Assembly (NCBI GenBank): GCA_041685935.1
Contig: JAWLES010000001.1
Span: forward strand, 1 to 62,291
Direction: 5' to 3'
Source of the DNA: Desulfobacteraceae bacterium
GTDB lineage: Bacteria; Desulfobacterota; Desulfobacteria; Desulfobacterales; Desulfobacteraceae
Length of the DNA: 62,291 nucleotides
This document shows positions 1 through 9,564 of the stretch, in pieces. Position numbers and translations under genes: made by a program. The notes beneath the pieces were generated by a model that was given only the letters and a program-made list of their open reading frames with translations, was not told the origin of the DNA and did not search any database. Position 1 is the first letter of the stretch. Every line of letters begins with the position of its first letter.

Positions 1-151
1 AGGTCAGTACAACTGGAATGATACATTTTCCGTGTGGTGTTGACCGGTGGAAAGGGGACCGCCCCGGCTCTTCAGAAACCGGGGCGGCAGGGGGTGGTGG
101 TGTTTTAACCGGCGCAATCAGGCCGGGTGGCTGTTGACCGGGGTTTGACTG

Positions 152-949
152 CTATATGAACCGGCTGACCATATCTTCCGGGACATCATCCTTTTTTTCA
201 GCCACTACCGCATAGTAATTCAGCGGTGTGCCGTCCTGGCAGAGCCTGTGCCTGTAGAGGTGCTTGTCCTTGATGTCGATCAGGTTGTCGTTCATCATCT
301 CGTTGATCAGTTTTGAAAAACCGGATGAATCCGTCTTGTTCTCCAGAAAATCCTCCTTGATGTTAAAAGCGAACCATCCGGGTGAATCGATAAAGTTGTA
401 TCCGGCTGAAAAAGCATGTGGCGGGATATCTTCAAATCCCAGTGCCGCAACAACAGTCAGGCAGTTGAAATAGGTATTTGTGAGCTCATGCTTTTCCTTC
501 GGGGTGAGCCGGGTCAGGTCAGCGGTGTAATACCTCTGATATATGTCGGGTCTGTCCCTCCATGCGGCTTCTTCGGCCTCTTCGAGAATATCGAGTCCTA
601 CAATCGTCTCTGCCCCTAATTTTTTGAGAACTTCTCCTACAATTCCGTTGCCTGCGCCTATGTCGAGTACGCTCAGCTCGGATGAATCAAGATCTGCCGA
701 TTCGAGATTCTTTTCCAGAAGTGAACATACAACTTCAGGGGAATTGCATTTGTATCGGTCATAGAAGAGTTTTTCATAAAGCCCGGGGATGGAGTAAATC
801 TTGTCGTAGTCATGGAAGGAGACTTTTTCCGTCTGTCCGTTCACGGTTAAAAAGAAATGTTCTCCTTGCCCCTGCTCAGCGGATGATCTGTCTGGTATCC
901 GGACATTGATGGTTTCGTTTGTCATGATTTGGTCCTCCTTGTGTGCCAA
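152..949 (-). CDS. Class I SAM-dependent methyltransferase
   Basis: 265-aa ORF with SAM-binding motif I (VLDIGAGNGIVGE) followed by an acidic loop (VGLDILEE). Confidence 0.7.
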   Translation of the reverse strand: MAHKEDQIMTNETINVRIPDRSSAEQGQGEHFFLTVNGQTEKVSFHDYDKIYSIPGLYEKLFYDRYKCNSPEVVCSLLEKNLESADLDSSELSVLDIGAGNGIVGEVLKKLGAETIVGLDILEEAEEAAWRDRPDIYQRYYTADLTRLTPKEKHELTNTYFNCLTVVAALGFEDIPPHAFSAGYNFIDSPGWFAFNIKEDFLENKTDSSGFSKLINEMMNDNLIDIKDKHLYRHRLCQDGTPLNYYAVVAEKKDDVPEDMVSRFI

Positions 950-1250
950 TATTAAATTGTTTGCAAAATATTAGCGTTCAAAGCAAAAAATACGAGAAAA
1001 AAGTGATGAAGGGCTGATGTCTCTCAGCGATATACCCATAAAATCCCTTTGTTTCAGCGATTTTCAAGTATTTCAAAAGGGCTGATCAATCAGAACTTGC
1101 TTTTACACCTTATTTGTTGACTGATTTCTAAGTAATATAGCAGGTAAAATATATTGTGTCAAATATATTTTTAAAAAAACAGGGCTTTTTTTAAAAAAAA
1201 CATTGACATGCTGGGAACAGGTGTTTCAGGGTTCAGTCCGGGGGTGTTTG

Positions 1251-2000
1251 TCAGTAAAGAATAAGGAAAACCGCCAGAAGTCCGGCTGAAAAAAGGTAGC
1301 CCGCGTCAAGGCGTGACGGGCTGAATAACGTATCGGTGCGGTCTTCTGTAAAGCCCCTTGACTCCATTGCAAGGGCTGCATGGTCTGCGGACCGGAATGA
1401 TTTTTTCACCAGTCCGATGGAAAGTTCTGACATCCTTTTCACCGGATTTTTCCTGAAGTCACCACCTCTTGCCTTCCGGGCCAGGGAGAGCTCCTGTGCC
1501 TGGTTGAGGATAAGGGGCAGAAAACGTATTGCAAGGCCGATCATCACTGCGGCCCGGTTTTCCGGAACAAAAGGCACCGGTTTTAAAAACCACCGGGCCG
1601 CACTTTTTACTTCGGACGGTTTTGTGGATCTGGAAAAAATCATTCCGGCGATCATTACAGTAAAAAACCGCCATGCAGTGAGCCCCCCTTCACTGAGTCC
1701 GCCTGTAGTGACTTCTGTTTGGAAAAGTCTGAACAAAAGGGTGCCGGATTCATCAGAAACCGCCCTTGCCGTGAAAATGAACAAAAGAAGGATAAAGAAC
1801 AGTTTTAAATGCTTGATCGCATTCGGTATATTAATGCCTGTTTTTTTTATCCCCCATATGAGCAGCAAAGAGGTAACACATAGTGAAATATACCCTGCCT
1901 TGAGTACTGATATGCTGACAAGAGCAAGTATGATCAGCTTGTATCTCGGATCGAGTCTGTGGAAGTGGGAGTTTCCGCTCAGGTACATAAACGGGGTCAT
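1251..2000 (-). CDS. bioN: ECF transporter transmembrane (T) component, BioN/EcfT (CbiQ family)
   Basis: 249-aa polytopic membrane ORF. It overlaps the upstream ATPase gene by 4 nt and is the last gene of the birA-bioY-ATPase-T string. Confidence 0.7.
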   Translation of the reverse strand: MTPFMYLSGNSHFHRLDPRYKLIILALVSISVLKAGYISLCVTSLLLIWGIKKTGINIPNAIKHLKLFFILLLFIFTARAVSDESGTLLFRLFQTEVTTGGLSEGGLTAWRFFTVMIAGMIFSRSTKPSEVKSAARWFLKPVPFVPENRAAVMIGLAIRFLPLILNQAQELSLARKARGGDFRKNPVKRMSELSIGLVKKSFRSADHAALAMESRGFTEDRTDTLFSPSRLDAGYLFSAGLLAVFLILY

Positions 2001-2785
2001 GGCAGGCTCCGCCCGAGGGTCCAGTCTGCGAGCCCCAATCCGAATCTGGAGGAACAGGGCTCCCGGATACCGTATTTTTCCAGGGATTGTACAAGCTGCT
2101 CCGGAGGTGCGTCTTCTGCAATTCCGCCGTTTTCCATGATGATCATGCGGTCTGCTTTGGAAACCACCTTTTCCACATCATGGGTGGCTGCAATCATTGT
2201 AATCCCTCTGCGGTTAAGGGATTGAAGCAGTTGCAGAAGGCTGGATGCTCCTGGATAGTCAAGGTTGGAAAAGGGTTCGTCCAGAAGTATGATCCCGGGA
2301 TCCATCACCAGGATTCCGGCTAAGGCAAGGCGCCGCTTTTCACCCCCGGAAAGGGTGGAGGGACAACGGTCTTTCAAATCCAGAAGCCCGAGGCTCTCAA
2401 GGGTTGAGGTTACAGTCAGGTTGATTTCTTCCCTTGGAAGTTTAAAGTTCTCAGGGCCGAAAGCAGTATCATCAAATACGGTTTCGCCCACGATCTGGGT
2501 GTCAGGGTCCTGAAAAACCATTCCGATATTTTTCCGGGTTTTGACAAGATTTTTTTGTATGGGCTCTCCAAGAAAGCGGATTTCCCCGGCTGACGGCATC
2601 AAAAGCCCGTTTAGAAGCCTTAAGAGCGTTGTTTTGCCTGAGCCGTTGGCTCCGGCCAGAAGGATGAACTCCCCTTTGTTTACATTGAAGGAAATATCCG
2701 ACAGGGTGGGGCCGCTGTCAGGATATTCAAAAAAAATGTTTTCCACCTGTAAAAAACAGGGAGGGTGAGCTTTGGATGCTTCCAT
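1997..2785 (-). CDS. bioM: ECF transporter ATP-binding protein, BioM/EcfA (CbiO family)
   Basis: Walker A GANGSGKTT, ABC signature LSGGEKRRL and Walker B ILLDEP. It lies immediately downstream of bioY. Confidence 0.8.
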   Translation of the reverse strand: MEASKAHPPCFLQVENIFFEYPDSGPTLSDISFNVNKGEFILLAGANGSGKTTLLRLLNGLLMPSAGEIRFLGEPIQKNLVKTRKNIGMVFQDPDTQIVGETVFDDTAFGPENFKLPREEINLTVTSTLESLGLLDLKDRCPSTLSGGEKRRLALAGILVMDPGIILLDEPFSNLDYPGASSLLQLLQSLNRRGITMIAATHDVEKVVSKADRMIIMENGGIAEDAPPEQLVQSLEKYGIREPCSSRFGLGLADWTLGRSLP

Positions 2786-2788
2786 CTG

Positions 2789-3319
2789 TTATCCCCGCAT
2801 CAGTGGCCTTGCATGCCTGGCAATAAAAGCGGCTGCGGCGATTTTAATACAATTTCCCGGAAGAAAAGGATACATCCCTGCTGCAAAGGCTTTGTCCCAG
2901 CCCATGCCCGAGGTAAGCTTGAGCCATGTGACCCCGGCCGCATAAATAATTACAGACCCGGTGATCATGGCGGAAATGTCGACCAGAACACTGTTTTTGT
3001 TTTTCCGGGCAATGATTCCGGTTGCATATACACAGGGCAGGTAACCTACCAGGTAGCCCCCTGTGGGGCCGACGATTCTCCCGAGGCCGCCGGTGCCGCC
3101 GGCAAACACCGGCAGTCCGAATATTCCCAGCAAGAGGTAGATTGCCACGGATGCAAGCCCCCATCGCGGCCCGAGCAGCAGCCCTGCCAAAAGAACGAAC
3201 ATGTTCTGGAGCACAATGGGTACAGGGCCCACTGGAATGGCAATGAACGCCCCTGCGGCTATGAGGGCCACAAAAAGGGAGGAATAGGTCATCATTTTGA
3301 TTCGGTTCATGGTTTTCAT
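2789..3319 (-). CDS. bioY: Biotin transporter S component BioY
   Basis: 176-aa membrane ORF with BioY-typical strings PIVLQNMFVLLAGLLLG, GLPVFAGG and GPTGGYLVGY. Confidence 0.85.
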   Translation of the reverse strand: MKTMNRIKMMTYSSLFVALIAAGAFIAIPVGPVPIVLQNMFVLLAGLLLGPRWGLASVAIYLLLGIFGLPVFAGGTGGLGRIVGPTGGYLVGYLPCVYATGIIARKNKNSVLVDISAMITGSVIIYAAGVTWLKLTSGMGWDKAFAAGMYPFLPGNCIKIAAAAFIARHARPLMRG

Positions 3320-4251
3320 CAGCTGTTCTCCTTGTAAAAGCAGTCTCCGTAAATCACGCGCCTTACCGTTCCGGTATCCGTTCTGAGAATCAGTGCGCCG
3401 GTGCGGTCTATATTCTCCGCAAGACCCTGGAATCTTTCTTCATGGGTTTCAATGACAACGTTTGTTCCTATGGTGGAAGTTCGTGCTTTCCACATTGAAA
3501 TGATGTCTATGCCCGGAATCCGGTTGTAAAGTTTTTCAAACCTGTCAAGAAAACCAGACAGAAGGTTTTGCCTTGAAACCCGTATCCCTGTGAGAGACCG
3601 GATGGATCCGGCATCTTCAACCGTATTCGGAGGGGGATTGTTCACGTTGATCCCGATTCCGATGTTGAGAAAGGAAAGCATTTCTCCCCGGGTCTCCATC
3701 TCCGACAGAAGCCCGGCTATCTTTTTTTGTCCCGCAAGAATGTCGTTGGGCCATTTTACTGTTGCACATAGACCGGTTTTTCCCCGGATTGTTTCGGCAA
3801 GTGCAACAGAGGCTGCGAAATTGAGTTGGAAAATATAGGCAAAGGGGAGGGTGGGGCGCAGGATCAGGGTGCACCAGATACCTCCGTCCTCTGAACACCA
3901 TTGCCGGTTGAGCCGTCCTCTGCCGGATGTCTGCCGCTCCGCAACAACCAGGCTGAAGTGGGGCGCGCCTTTCCGGGCAAGCTCTTTTGCCCTGTCCATG
4001 GTTGAGGCGGTTTCGCTGAAATGGTATACTGAATCCGACCGATCTTTGAAGCAGAAGGGCATAAGAAGATCTTCCGGGTGGCGGAGCATGTACCCGCTCG
4101 GGGTTGAAACAACCGGACAACCTGATTTTTTCAGCCCTTTGATGTGTTTCCAGACCGCGACCCTGGAAATACCGAGGTCTTGGCTTAAGGTGGTTCCGGA
4201 GATAATTTCTCCGTTTTGTCGGTGCAGGAGATCGAGTATTCGTTCTTTCAT
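3319..4251 (-). CDS. birA: Bifunctional biotin-[acetyl-CoA-carboxylase] ligase / biotin operon repressor BirA
   Basis: N-terminal winged HTH (LSQDLGISRVAVWKHIKGLKK), the biotin ligase GRGRxxRxW motif (SGRGRLNRQW) and KWPNDI. Confidence 0.9.
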   Translation of the reverse strand: MKERILDLLHRQNGEIISGTTLSQDLGISRVAVWKHIKGLKKSGCPVVSTPSGYMLRHPEDLLMPFCFKDRSDSVYHFSETASTMDRAKELARKGAPHFSLVVAERQTSGRGRLNRQWCSEDGGIWCTLILRPTLPFAYIFQLNFAASVALAETIRGKTGLCATVKWPNDILAGQKKIAGLLSEMETRGEMLSFLNIGIGINVNNPPPNTVEDAGSIRSLTGIRVSRQNLLSGFLDRFEKLYNRIPGIDIISMWKARTSTIGTNVVIETHEERFQGLAENIDRTGALILRTDTGTVRRVIYGDCFYKENS

Positions 4252-4260
4252 CCGGCTGTT

Positions 4261-4311
4261 TGTTAACCCTTTTTTGTGTTCGTTAACTTGATTTTGACAG
4301 AGTGGTTAACA
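4261..4311. promoter_or_regulatory. Candidate BirA operator (bioO) upstream of birA-bioYMN
   Basis: TGTTAACC at 4261-4268, cGTTAACt at 4281-4288 and GGTTAACA at 4304-4311. The last two are separated by 15 nt, forming an inverted repeat of the TGTTAACC-N-GGTTAACA type. The site lies 10-60 nt upstream of the birA start. Confidence 0.5.
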
Positions 4312-4406
4312 AAAAACAGGGCGGGATGTCAAGACAAATATTGTTTTAACCTGAATTTAAAATGAAATGCAAAATCAAGACTTAATGAACATGAAAGGGG
4401 TTACAT

Positions 4407-4946
4407 ATGCAGGAAAGAAGGTTGATACGGCGAGTGCTGCCCCATGTATATGATTTTAAAACCGTATGGAAAAAAGAGGGCCCTTTCAGGTACGCGCTGA
4501 CAAGCAGTGATTTTCCGTTTGTCCTTCTGGAAGAGGAAGAGTGGATTTTCGCTGATGATCCTGTGGTATTGCTTAAAGAACTGATGCAGTGGGACAGGCG
4601 GAAGATGAAGATGGTCAAGGCGCCGGTGGCCGAAAAGACCAATCAGGCAATCCGGTTTGAGCGCCTGAGCCGGTGGCGGATCAAAAATTTTCCTGAAGAG
4701 TGGGCTCCCTTGATCAATGATATGTTTACCCCCTCGGGCCAGGTGGCTGAAAAGGTGGTTCCTGCAGACGGCATGGAAACACAGGAAAATATGGAGAAGT
4801 CTTTTTTTGACCATCTCGGGCAAAAGATCCATGAAATCGGTTATATATTGCTGGAGCCGGTGGCGGCAATCGATCCGGATGCCGCCCATGTGGAGGATTA
4901 TCTGAAGGAATGGGAAGAGGATGAAAGGGACGCGGGGCTGATATGA
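4407..4946 (+). CDS. Hypothetical protein (acidic C-terminus)
   Basis: 179-aa ORF with an ATG start and AAAGGGG about 7 nt upstream. I recognise no family. Its 3' end overlaps the convergent ogt by 49 nt. Confidence 0.45.
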   Translation: MQERRLIRRVLPHVYDFKTVWKKEGPFRYALTSSDFPFVLLEEEEWIFADDPVVLLKELMQWDRRKMKMVKAPVAEKTNQAIRFERLSRWRIKNFPEEWAPLINDMFTPSGQVAEKVVPADGMETQENMEKSFFDHLGQKIHEIGYILLEPVAAIDPDAAHVEDYLKEWEEDERDAGLI

Positions 4947-5413
4947 TACCGCTCAAGATTGAGAAGATAGGTTTTGATGTCCAGTCCGCTTGAAAATCCG
5001 ACCAGTTTTCCGGATTTTCCTATGACCCTGTGGCAGGGGATGATTATGGGAAGGGGGTTGGCGCCCAGTGCAGCCCCGGCCGCGCGGCAGGCTTTCGGGT
5101 TGCCTGCGGCCCGTGCCACATCTTCGTATGAAACCGTTTGCCCGTAGGGAATTTGCAATGCAGCGCTCCATATCCGCCGATAGAAAGGCGTCCCTTCAGG
5201 AATGGCGGTGCATGAAAACGTTCTTGTTTCTCCTTTAAAGTAGGCTGCGATCTCCCCTGCTTCAGGGGCAGTGTTTTGATCATCCTCCTTCCAGGACTGG
5301 TCCGGGACCGGTGCGGCTTCTCTTCCGGGCAGCAGGACTTTGTAGGGGCGGCCGTCTTTTTTGGCAAAAAGAATTTTCCCTATGGGAGTCGGAATGTAGG
5401 TATAGTAGATCAT
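4898..5413 (-). CDS. ogt: Methylated-DNA-protein-cysteine methyltransferase
   Basis: Active-site motif IIPCHRVIG plus the preceding YGQTVSYEDVA helix-turn-wing region. Confidence 0.85.
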   Translation of the reverse strand: MIYYTYIPTPIGKILFAKKDGRPYKVLLPGREAAPVPDQSWKEDDQNTAPEAGEIAAYFKGETRTFSCTAIPEGTPFYRRIWSAALQIPYGQTVSYEDVARAAGNPKACRAAGAALGANPLPIIIPCHRVIGKSGKLVGFSSGLDIKTYLLNLERYHISPASLSSSSHSFR

Positions 5414-5426
5414 CGGTCCGCCTGTG

Positions 5427-5825
5427 TTATGGAGATTCGATTTTGAAAGTCACCGGTATGGTGTGCAGGTCCGAGCTGATACTCCGGGTGTTGCCGATGC
5501 GCCAGTCAGTACACCTGGCATTGTCCCCCAGAAGCTCGTCTATTTCTTCCGCGATCCCTTTGATGTTGATGATCGGGTGGCGGGAAAAAACTTCCGGCAG
5601 GCCGTAGGTGAGACTGCAGACAAGGCATTTGTCCTTTCTTCTTTTCAGATGAAATTCAAACACCAGTTCGGAGCCTTTCTGTCTGTTGAATTTAAATTCT
5701 ATGTCGTAAGCTCCTTCCCCGGCATCTCCGTAAAGAGCCTCAAAGAAATCATCAGTCTTTTGGGCCGGGAAGAGTGCATCGACTTTTTCCTGTGTGAAAA
5801 TGTGAGATACATCCAGCTGTGTCAT
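5427..5825 (-). CDS. Conserved hypothetical protein
   Basis: 132-aa ORF with TGGAG 6 nt upstream of the ATG. It is tightly packed between the ATP-grasp gene and ogt. I recognise no motif. Confidence 0.5.
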   Translation of the reverse strand: MTQLDVSHIFTQEKVDALFPAQKTDDFFEALYGDAGEGAYDIEFKFNRQKGSELVFEFHLKRRKDKCLVCSLTYGLPEVFSRHPIINIKGIAEEIDELLGDNARCTDWRIGNTRSISSDLHTIPVTFKIESP

Positions 5826-5900
5826 GCTAACTCCAATGTGGTTTCCTGTCTGTTAATATTCCGGATCAGGTTACAATATTCAGGCGCCGCAGGCAAGGGA

Positions 5901-6686
5901 TTAAATTCTGCCGTTGATCAAAAGGCTCTCGAGGAATGTTTTGTAATCGATCAAGGCCTTTTTGAATCCTTTGGTTCCGTATTTCATGTTGGCTTCCAGG
6001 ATATAAAAGGCTCCGTCTTTTTCAATGAGGTCGAGGCCCACGTCATCCCATCCGCATTTGCGGGCCGTATCCAGTGCAAGGCTGCATGCCTCTGGCGGGA
6101 TCGCGTCAAACCTGATCGAGCCCCCCTGGGAGATATTTGTTCTGAATTCCCCCCGGCCGGGAGTTTTCCAGTAGGAAAGAGCCACTTCCCCGCCTATGAT
6201 CACAACTCTCAGGTCCTTTTCAACACGAAAATATTCCTGGATGTAGGCCGGGTTGGTCATGTCAAGGTACCGGCGAAGCTGCCCGGGGTTTTCAATAAGA
6301 AATACGTCACATCCCCTGGAAGAATTCCGCGCCTTTTTGGCGATAAACGGAAAGGAAAAATAATCCAGGATCTGCTTTTTCTGGCGGGTTCCGTAGAAAA
6401 TTCTGGTGAACGGGTGGGGGATTTTGAGCATTTCAAAAACAGCGGTCTGTTTGATTTTGTCCTGAGCAAACTTGTAGGTATGGTAGCTGGGAAATGTCTC
6501 CTTGCCCATGGTGTTGAAGAGATCTGCATAAAAAGAGGTGGGAAAATAGATTTTCGACGCCTTCCGGATAAGTTCCTTCTCCTCTTTGGAGTAATCGCTG
6601 AAGTTAGGTTTAAGGCCCAGGGTAAGGACATGATCGGAATGTTTCAGCCTCGCGCCGATTGCGATATATCCGGGTGAGTGCATCAA
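5901..6686 (-). CDS. ATP-grasp domain protein (RimK-like ligase)
   Basis: RimK-like core: DLRVVIIGGEVALSYWK, FRTNISQGGS, and GLDLIEKDGAFYILEANMKYG (the Mg-ATP E-x-N). Confidence 0.7.
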   Translation of the reverse strand: MMHSPGYIAIGARLKHSDHVLTLGLKPNFSDYSKEEKELIRKASKIYFPTSFYADLFNTMGKETFPSYHTYKFAQDKIKQTAVFEMLKIPHPFTRIFYGTRQKKQILDYFSFPFIAKKARNSSRGCDVFLIENPGQLRRYLDMTNPAYIQEYFRVEKDLRVVIIGGEVALSYWKTPGRGEFRTNISQGGSIRFDAIPPEACSLALDTARKCGWDDVGLDLIEKDGAFYILEANMKYGTKGFKKALIDYKTFLESLLINGRI

Positions 6687-8287
6687 GAGCCGGTCTGTTC
6701 CCTGACAAGATTTTTCATCAGCTCCGGGGCCGGGGGGAAATCCGTAATAAAATGTTCCCTGCCGGAAAGGCTCTTCTGAAGAGTGCAGAGGATCACGGGC
6801 AAGGATCTTTTTGTATAGGTCTGCCGGATCATTTCAGTAAAATCAGTCCCTGTAATATCTTTCAAAAACAGATCCGAGATCACTGCTTGCGGTTTGTTCC
6901 GTATGACCGCCTTGAGGGCATTTTGCCGGGATTGGAAAAGAACCGGACGGTACCCGGCCTGGAAAATGAGTCTGTCATATACGGCAAGCCGGGCTCCGGA
7001 AGGGCTGACAGCAAAGCAAACCGGTCTGTCCGAAAGGTTCTTTTCAGCAAGTATGTCTTTATATTTTTTAACAGTTGATTTCAGGTTCCGTTTGTTCAGA
7101 ACTTTTATATAGGTTTCCAGAGCTGCAAAAGAGGCCCGGTTTGCAAGGTGATTGAAGGCAATGTAGGAAAAGGTATCCGAAATCATCAGGTATTCGATCA
7201 GGTTGCCGGCATGGGCGTCAAGCAGAGTTTCCGCAATCCGGGCACTTTGACGCGTTCCGGATTCGATCAGGTCTTTCACTGCCGCGCCTGTATAGTCGCT
7301 GAGATTTTTGTCCAGGGCTCGGGCGGCAGCCATGCTGACATGGTGCAGGGGCTCTTGTATCCCTTTCAGGGCAAAAGCGGCTGACTCAAGTTCAGGTAAG
7401 GTTTCAAGCGCTTCATACGCTGCGAATTTCACTGACGGGGCTGAACCGTTCCGGCTGACAAGGGTGAAGATATCGTTGACAAGGCCTGAAGGATGCGATT
7501 GTGAAACGATTTCCAGTGCGGTTACAACCAGGTCCGTATCTGTCGAGGCCAGGCATTTTTGTAAAACAGCCCGTGCGTCTTCATCTCCTTTTGAAAGATG
7601 GCAAAATGCACGGAACCGTTCTTTTACGGAGGATGCCTGAAGTTCCAGGATACGGGTATTCACATTGTTTTCATACGACGGGGATGATTTTTCAAAGCCG
7701 GGATCAGGAGAGTTTTTTGATTGAATGTGCCGGATCGCATCCAGGATGTTCCGGTCCCTTTTGCTGGTTGCAGCAGCTTTTTCAAGCCGTTTCAGGGCAA
7801 GCCCGGAACCTGTTTTTTCAAGCGCCTTAACTGCAAGCTCTTTTAAATTTGTGTCGTTGTACAGAATGAAATCGGCTATATCATCCACCAGGGTATCAAC
7901 TGCAAGGTCGCCGGCTGTTTTCAGGGTGGCGGCCAGAATTCGCGAATCGGTTTCATTGGACAGAATGTGACGAATCAGGGGAACAAATTTTTTCAGTTCA
8001 GCCTGTTCAAGATTGTTGAACAGTATTACAGCGAAAGCAAAGTTCATATGAGCCCGGTCGATTATAAGCTGAACGATCCTGCCCTGAATTTCCGGATCAC
8101 GGTTACGCCCGTCCATAAGGAAGGAAAGAGATTCAAATGCGCTTTGGTCGTCTGCAAGGGCAAGGAGCGTCAGCACTTCAAGCCTGGTTTCAAAAGACTG
8201 CTTTTCGAATTCATGCAGCAGTGTTTTGGCGGCATTTATATCTTTTCTCTCCAGGTGGTGTTTGATCCTGTCTGCATATGATTTCAT
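6683..8287 (-). CDS. HEAT/ARM-like repeat protein with C-terminal receiver-like domain
   Basis: 534 aa. The N-terminal ~400 aa are helical and repeat-rich. The C-terminal ~120 aa align by eye to CheY-like receivers: the acceptor Asp is retained in AVISDLFL, but the DD pair is replaced (CFAVSPSG). Confidence 0.55.
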   Translation of the reverse strand: MKSYADRIKHHLERKDINAAKTLLHEFEKQSFETRLEVLTLLALADDQSAFESLSFLMDGRNRDPEIQGRIVQLIIDRAHMNFAFAVILFNNLEQAELKKFVPLIRHILSNETDSRILAATLKTAGDLAVDTLVDDIADFILYNDTNLKELAVKALEKTGSGLALKRLEKAAATSKRDRNILDAIRHIQSKNSPDPGFEKSSPSYENNVNTRILELQASSVKERFRAFCHLSKGDEDARAVLQKCLASTDTDLVVTALEIVSQSHPSGLVNDIFTLVSRNGSAPSVKFAAYEALETLPELESAAFALKGIQEPLHHVSMAAARALDKNLSDYTGAAVKDLIESGTRQSARIAETLLDAHAGNLIEYLMISDTFSYIAFNHLANRASFAALETYIKVLNKRNLKSTVKKYKDILAEKNLSDRPVCFAVSPSGARLAVYDRLIFQAGYRPVLFQSRQNALKAVIRNKPQAVISDLFLKDITGTDFTEMIRQTYTKRSLPVILCTLQKSLSGREHFITDFPPAPELMKNLVREQTGS

Positions 8288-9315
8288 AATACCGGCTGTT
8301 CTTTCGATTTAAAGCCAAACGGGTTGTTCTTCTGCCAGCGCCAGGTGTCCCGGCACATGTCGGTCAGGGATTTTGCCGCTTTCCATCCGAGTTCGTTTTC
8401 CGCCTTTGAAGGATCGGCCCAGCAGGCTGCGATATCACCTGGTCTTCTCGGCGTTATTTTATAGGGTATGGGCCGGCCGCAGGCTTTTTCAAAAGCCCTT
8501 ATCATCTCCAGAACCGAAATTCCCCTGCCGGTGCCGAGGTTGTAGATGACAAGGCCGCATTGCTGGAAAAGCGGATCAAGTACCTTTATGTGGCCGTCCG
8601 CCAGGTCGGTGACATGAATAAAATCCCTGACCCCGGTACCGTCAGGGGTGTCATAGTCATTGCCGAAAACATTCAGATGATCGAGCCGTCCCGCAGCCAC
8701 CCGTGAGATAAAAGGCATCAGATTGTTGGGTATGCCGCCGGGGTCCTCTCCTATCCTGCCGCTTTCATGGGCGCCCACCGGGTTGAAATACCGCAGTATA
8801 GCTATATTCCACCCCGGTTCCGAGTGGTGCAGATCCTTAAGGATTTCTTCGATCATCAATTTGGTTCTGCCGTAAGGATTTGCCGCGGACAGGGGAAAAT
8901 CCTCTTTTATGGGAAGTTCTGACGGGTCTCCGTAAACTGTGGCAGAGGAGCTGAAAACGATGTTTCTGACGTTGTTTCTCTGCATTGCCTCAAGGAGGGT
9001 AAGGGTTCCGGTTATATTGTTTTGAAAGTACTTAAGAGGCGCGTAAACGGATTCGCCCACTGCTTTGAGCCCGGCAAAGTGGATGACGGCGTCAAATGCA
9101 TGTTTTTTGAAAATAAGGTCCAGGGCTTTGGAATCGGCAAGGTCGTTTTCATAAAATTCGATGTGCTTGCCGGTGATTTCCTCCGCAATATCAATGCACC
9201 GCCTGCTGCTGTTGGACAGGTTGTCAACCACTGCCACTTCCAGGTTGTTTTCCAGAAGTTTTATACAAGTGTGGCTGCCGATATAGCCGGCTCCGCCGGT
9301 TACGAGTATTTTCAT
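8284..9315 (-). CDS. galE: UDP-glucose 4-epimerase
   Basis: NAD-binding GGAGYIGSH, catalytic YGRTK (YxxxK), and full-length similarity to GalE. Confidence 0.9.
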   Translation of the reverse strand: MKILVTGGAGYIGSHTCIKLLENNLEVAVVDNLSNSSRRCIDIAEEITGKHIEFYENDLADSKALDLIFKKHAFDAVIHFAGLKAVGESVYAPLKYFQNNITGTLTLLEAMQRNNVRNIVFSSSATVYGDPSELPIKEDFPLSAANPYGRTKLMIEEILKDLHHSEPGWNIAILRYFNPVGAHESGRIGEDPGGIPNNLMPFISRVAAGRLDHLNVFGNDYDTPDGTGVRDFIHVTDLADGHIKVLDPLFQQCGLVIYNLGTGRGISVLEMIRAFEKACGRPIPYKITPRRPGDIAACWADPSKAENELGWKAAKSLTDMCRDTWRWQKNNPFGFKSKEQPVL

Positions 9316-9483
9316 ACACCACCTTTTGAATCATGTTTTAATACATACTACCCTTTTTCACCGGTTTTGTATACCGGTCAATCGGCAATTTGTCACTGCT
9401 TCTTATGGGAGCGGTGAAAATTTGAATACAGATGTTGAGACCCCGGAGAAAATATAGTATAATCAAGGTTATATTATAGTTTC

Positions 9484-9512
9484 TTGACAATATGATCCTC
9501 CGTCATTATTGT
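9484..9512 (+). promoter_or_regulatory. Candidate sigma70-type promoter for the selenoprotein gene
   Basis: TTGACA (9484-9489), 17-nt spacer, TATTGT (9507-9512). Confidence 0.35.
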
Positions 9513-9564
9513 TGAGTATAGAAGGCCCGAGGCCCGATAATAAAAAAAACAAGGAGAGTTTGTA

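Noticed and set aside
59-87. 9-bp GC hairpin (CCGCCCCGG / CCGGGGCGG) as terminator of the methyltransferase gene.
   Set aside because: No convincing U-tract on either strand, and the window edge prevents knowing which gene it serves.
1336-2139. 267-aa plus-strand ORF.
   Set aside because: It is antisense to the bioN/bioM genes and has no homology signal.
5424-6677. 417-aa plus-strand ORF in the track.
   Set aside because: It runs antisense across two minus-strand genes, one with a clear family signature (RimK-like ATP-grasp) and one hypothetical. It has no recognisable motifs and a skewed composition typical of shadow ORFs.
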